NCBI GenBank assembly: GCA_032718475.1
Contig: JAUCBJ010007620.1
Coordinates: 156,714-220,713, forward strand
Length of the DNA: 64,000 nt
Source: Nemertoderma westbladi
Lineage: Eukaryota > Animalia > Xenacoelomorpha
Reading direction: 5' to 3'
Of this stretch, positions 60,911-64,000 are shown piece by piece (positions within the stretch are counted from its first letter, which is position 1; every line of letters starts with the position of its first letter). Under the pieces are notes generated by a model. That model did not search any database. It saw only the letters and a program-made list of their open reading frames with translations, and had not been told where the DNA came from. The position numbers and the translations under genes were made by a program.

Positions 60911-63141
60911 TTCCACTTTAGTTAATTCTACTATTCTACCTATTAACTGAAGATCTACTGAATAATTATTTTTGATTTATTCTTTATTTCAAATAAAATA
61001 ATTCATTCAATGAATAATACAAATTTAAACACAATAAATACAAATTTAAATTTAGAAAGGTGTGTTTCGTTGTGAATACTTATCTCACAATGTGAAAGCC
61101 CTTCTATCAGAAGGTAAAAATCATGTTGTTAATTTTTTGTAATAAAAGATATAGATTTCCATATATTTTACTTTCAATACCGGTATGTTAAATACATATG
61201 AATATATTCTTATTAAAATAAGACAAAATATTTTTTTTTTCAATTCGATTCTATTGTTTCGTTATTTACAGTATCCGCAAAAATTCGTCCCGGACAATTC
61301 GATCAGTTTTGGGCCAAAATTATCGGACCCAATTGCCCTGAAACGTATACAGTAGTCGGGACCAAATTGAACGGTACAATCCTTAATCCGCCCGTCTACC
61401 TGTCCGTCTGTCTGTCTAATTGGTTCGTAGTAAATATTGGAGGCCTATTATGGAAAAAGTATAATATTACACAAACTGCTAAATTAATATATAGTTGCGG
61501 CAATATGGCATACTTCAAATTTCCCGCGGATATATTGATTTCAAATGAGATTATTGATATCCAAACTACAACTTTGGATCACACACGAATAAAGGGAACA
61601 GCTAGAAAAATAGTGCCCTTACGAAAAATGGTAGTGGGGTCGCGGTGTATGCTCTAAACCAACTATATGTTTTCAACTCACAACCCCAAAAAAAAACAAA
61701 ATATATATATTTAATAGTAATATATATTTATTATATATTATTTAGGTTACATATGGCCGCTTTAAATTGCGATGGCTGCTTTTTTGAGACAACACCAAAG
61801 TTATATTTCTGAATATTGCAATAGAGTCAAAAACTGCGGAATAAAAAATATATTAGAATTAGGTAAAAATCGTTAGGCTGCACCAACATTTGGGCTGAGA
61901 TATGGAATAGTCATTGAATAATGGAATACTAAAAGGAGTCATTCAACACGTTACGTTCAATTTGGGTGGTTCCATCAACAGGATTAGTTAGTAATATTTA
62001 ATTTAATTTATTATAATTATAATTATAGAATTCAGAATTATTTATAGATACAAAAAATCTTATAAAGCTCTGATAATAGGCCTTCCTTCCTCCACATGTA
62101 GCTTACACCTAAAGCATTCATTCTAATTGGATAATATCATGCGGGGAATTAGGGGCTGCCTAGTTACTGATCAGCTGAGGCCGGCAAACTCGTATTTCAT
62201 TGGCTGCATATGTATTCTGAGCCCACAAGTTCAGCCTATAATTCGCTATGCATTCAAGCATAGCCAAGGAATTGATATTATTTCCAACACAGTAGAACCT
62301 AAATGCAATGTTTCTCACTCGTTATTTCTTATGCTTACATTTTTATGGCATGATTAATTATATCCTAAATACTAAAAACCAAACCTTAATCCTATGATCG
62401 AACTTATTTTAGTCTTTATATGCAATAATTGTTGTTTTAGGCAGATGGCCCCTGCTGCCTTGGCTAATAATTATTAAGCAAGTTAATACGTCAATATAAA
62501 AATTTTGGTCCTTAATTCATATTTGCTTGCATAGTCAGGAGAGAGTAAGAGACTAAAAAGCATTACCAAATGCAAATAATTCTTTGGGCTGAACCTAATT
62601 TTTTTAATAATAGTAATTATACTGATACAAAGGTCTACCGGTAACTGCTTATAATATTAATATTAATACGAGACCGGCTGACAGGGGGGAAACTTGACGC
62701 AAATCCCATCTCGGCGAATTAATATCTCGCCTCTGATCAATTAATCAATTTATGTAAAGGAGCAGGTTGCACGTTAGTGGCAGTAGCAGTAGCACGTTAT
62801 TATTCTAACCAAACTAATAAATTTACAAATTTACTACGTTTACAGTTTTTTTTTGGGAGTATTCAGATGTTACTTGCGTCAATTATCGATTTACACCTGT
62901 AGAGGGATTAATTATGAATGTTGATTATTGTAAATTATGTTAGTCCTAACCATTTGTAGTGTTATTTAATAATTTATTGTATATATGTTTACTAAACTTA
63001 TATTTTCAAACATTATTTAGTGTTTTGGTTATTGCCCTACCTTAATTATATCGGCGGTTATGGTAATTGGGAATTCAAGAAGGCGGGTTGACGGGAGAAT
63101 TGTTTAAAGTTTCCGACATCGTGTTTGACAAACGCGGGACA

Positions 63142-63295
63142 ATGGTGCTGGGGTGTCCGTCTCTTTGTATTTTGGTGCTACTGACTGCTAATTTGGCATT
63201 AAGCCTTTCACAATTAACACGGGATACGCCGTGTACAATATTAAAGGAGACGTATTTGATCCCAGAGTCACAGCTGCAATCCTATCCTATTAGTG
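63142..63295 (+). CDS. Probable first coding exon of a secreted/membrane protein (signal peptide)
   Basis: Kozak-like ACAATGG; MVLGCPSLCILVLLTANLALSLSQLTRDTPCTILKETYLIPESQLQSYPIS; ends at a strong phase-1 donor G|GTGAGT (63296). No family recognised. Confidence 0.55.
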
Positions 63296-63454
63296 GTGAG
63301 TCTGACTGTCTGAGTACATTTATATAGTTTGTTTATTTTTATGTTTTATCAAAAAATATTTACTAACAAAAATAAGTACATTTTATATATGTGGCCCATA
63401 ATTATTCAATTTTATAATTTATTAATGGTGTTATGGGTGAATGAGTGGTTTCAT

Positions 63455-63631
63455 ATTATTATAACTTGTGTTGGGCACAGCTTTTCAAAGTCGGTAATGA
63501 CGTCCAGGCGGCCTGAGCCGCTAGCTGAATGGTTAGAGCGTCAGACTACCAACCCGGAGGTCACCAATTCGATCCCACCTGGACGTCATTGCCGACTTTA
63601 CAACGCTGTGCCCAACAAAAGTTATAATAAT
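63455..63631. mobile_element. Inverted-repeat element enclosing a tRNA-like Pol III head
   Basis: ~56-bp arms (63455-63510 and 63575-63631) are reverse complements with few mismatches. The centre has A box TAGCTGAATGG, a tRNA-like D/anticodon region and a degenerate B box AATTCGATCCC. Confidence 0.7.
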
Positions 63632-64000
63632 TATTCAAGCGGCACATCTACTGCGCTCATTTTGCAAAGTGGTATCGGCTTATAAAACTAGCGCATCTGC
63701 ATGTAATATATCGTGATGTTTGCCAGGTCTGCCTGAGTGTTGAGTCAGCCATCCTTTAATTAATCTTCAGTCATTTCATTCTCTGGTGTTGAATACTACA
63801 GTACAAGTCGTCAAAGATTGGCAAATTAACCAATTTGAGGTTTCGCAGGATTGCAAGCTGTGGGTGATATATATATATAATAATATGTTTGGGGAGCGGG
63901 GTTACACTACCTACCTATACAATACATTTCCATTGCATATGGGGTTGGCTTAAACAGCGCATTGGTTAGGAATGCGGTGGTGGCACAAGTCGTTCATGAG

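Noticed and set aside
61260-61420. Short repeats (GGACAATT/GGACCAAATT) and a GTCT microsatellite
   Set aside because: Probably transposon remnants, but boundaries and family are not supportable by eye.
63515-63587. Functional tRNA gene
   Set aside because: Acceptor, anticodon and T stems pair poorly and the B box is degenerate; treated as a SINE-type head.

Overview
Eukaryotic (probably invertebrate animal) genomic DNA, not prokaryotic. Positions 1-~47,800 are a 52-bp tandem satellite (about 850 monomers, open at the left edge). The array has nested block duplications and a near-perfect 1,398-bp (27-mer) higher-order repeat. It is interrupted once by an apparently full-length 3.8-kb APE-RT LINE (2701-6518) with a 16-bp target-site duplication. 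The remaining ~16 kb is AT-rich sequence with MITEs, a tRNA-SINE, many RTE/L2/RTEX-like LINE fragments, one clear ShKT-domain exon (49443-49574) and a probable signal-peptide first exon of another gene (63142-63295). Main observation: the satellite monomer reads H-C-Q-T-T-C-D-Y-C-K-D-G-K followed by a phase-1 GTAAGT donor. It aligns codon-for-codon, mostly with synonymous changes, to the 3' end of the neighbouring ShKT exon (H-C-Q-T-S-C-D-H-C-T-D-G-H-K|GT). The array therefore looks like an amplified exon-end plus splice donor of a multi-ShKT gene, probably lying inside that gene. All alignments and counts were done by eye and no database searches were run.
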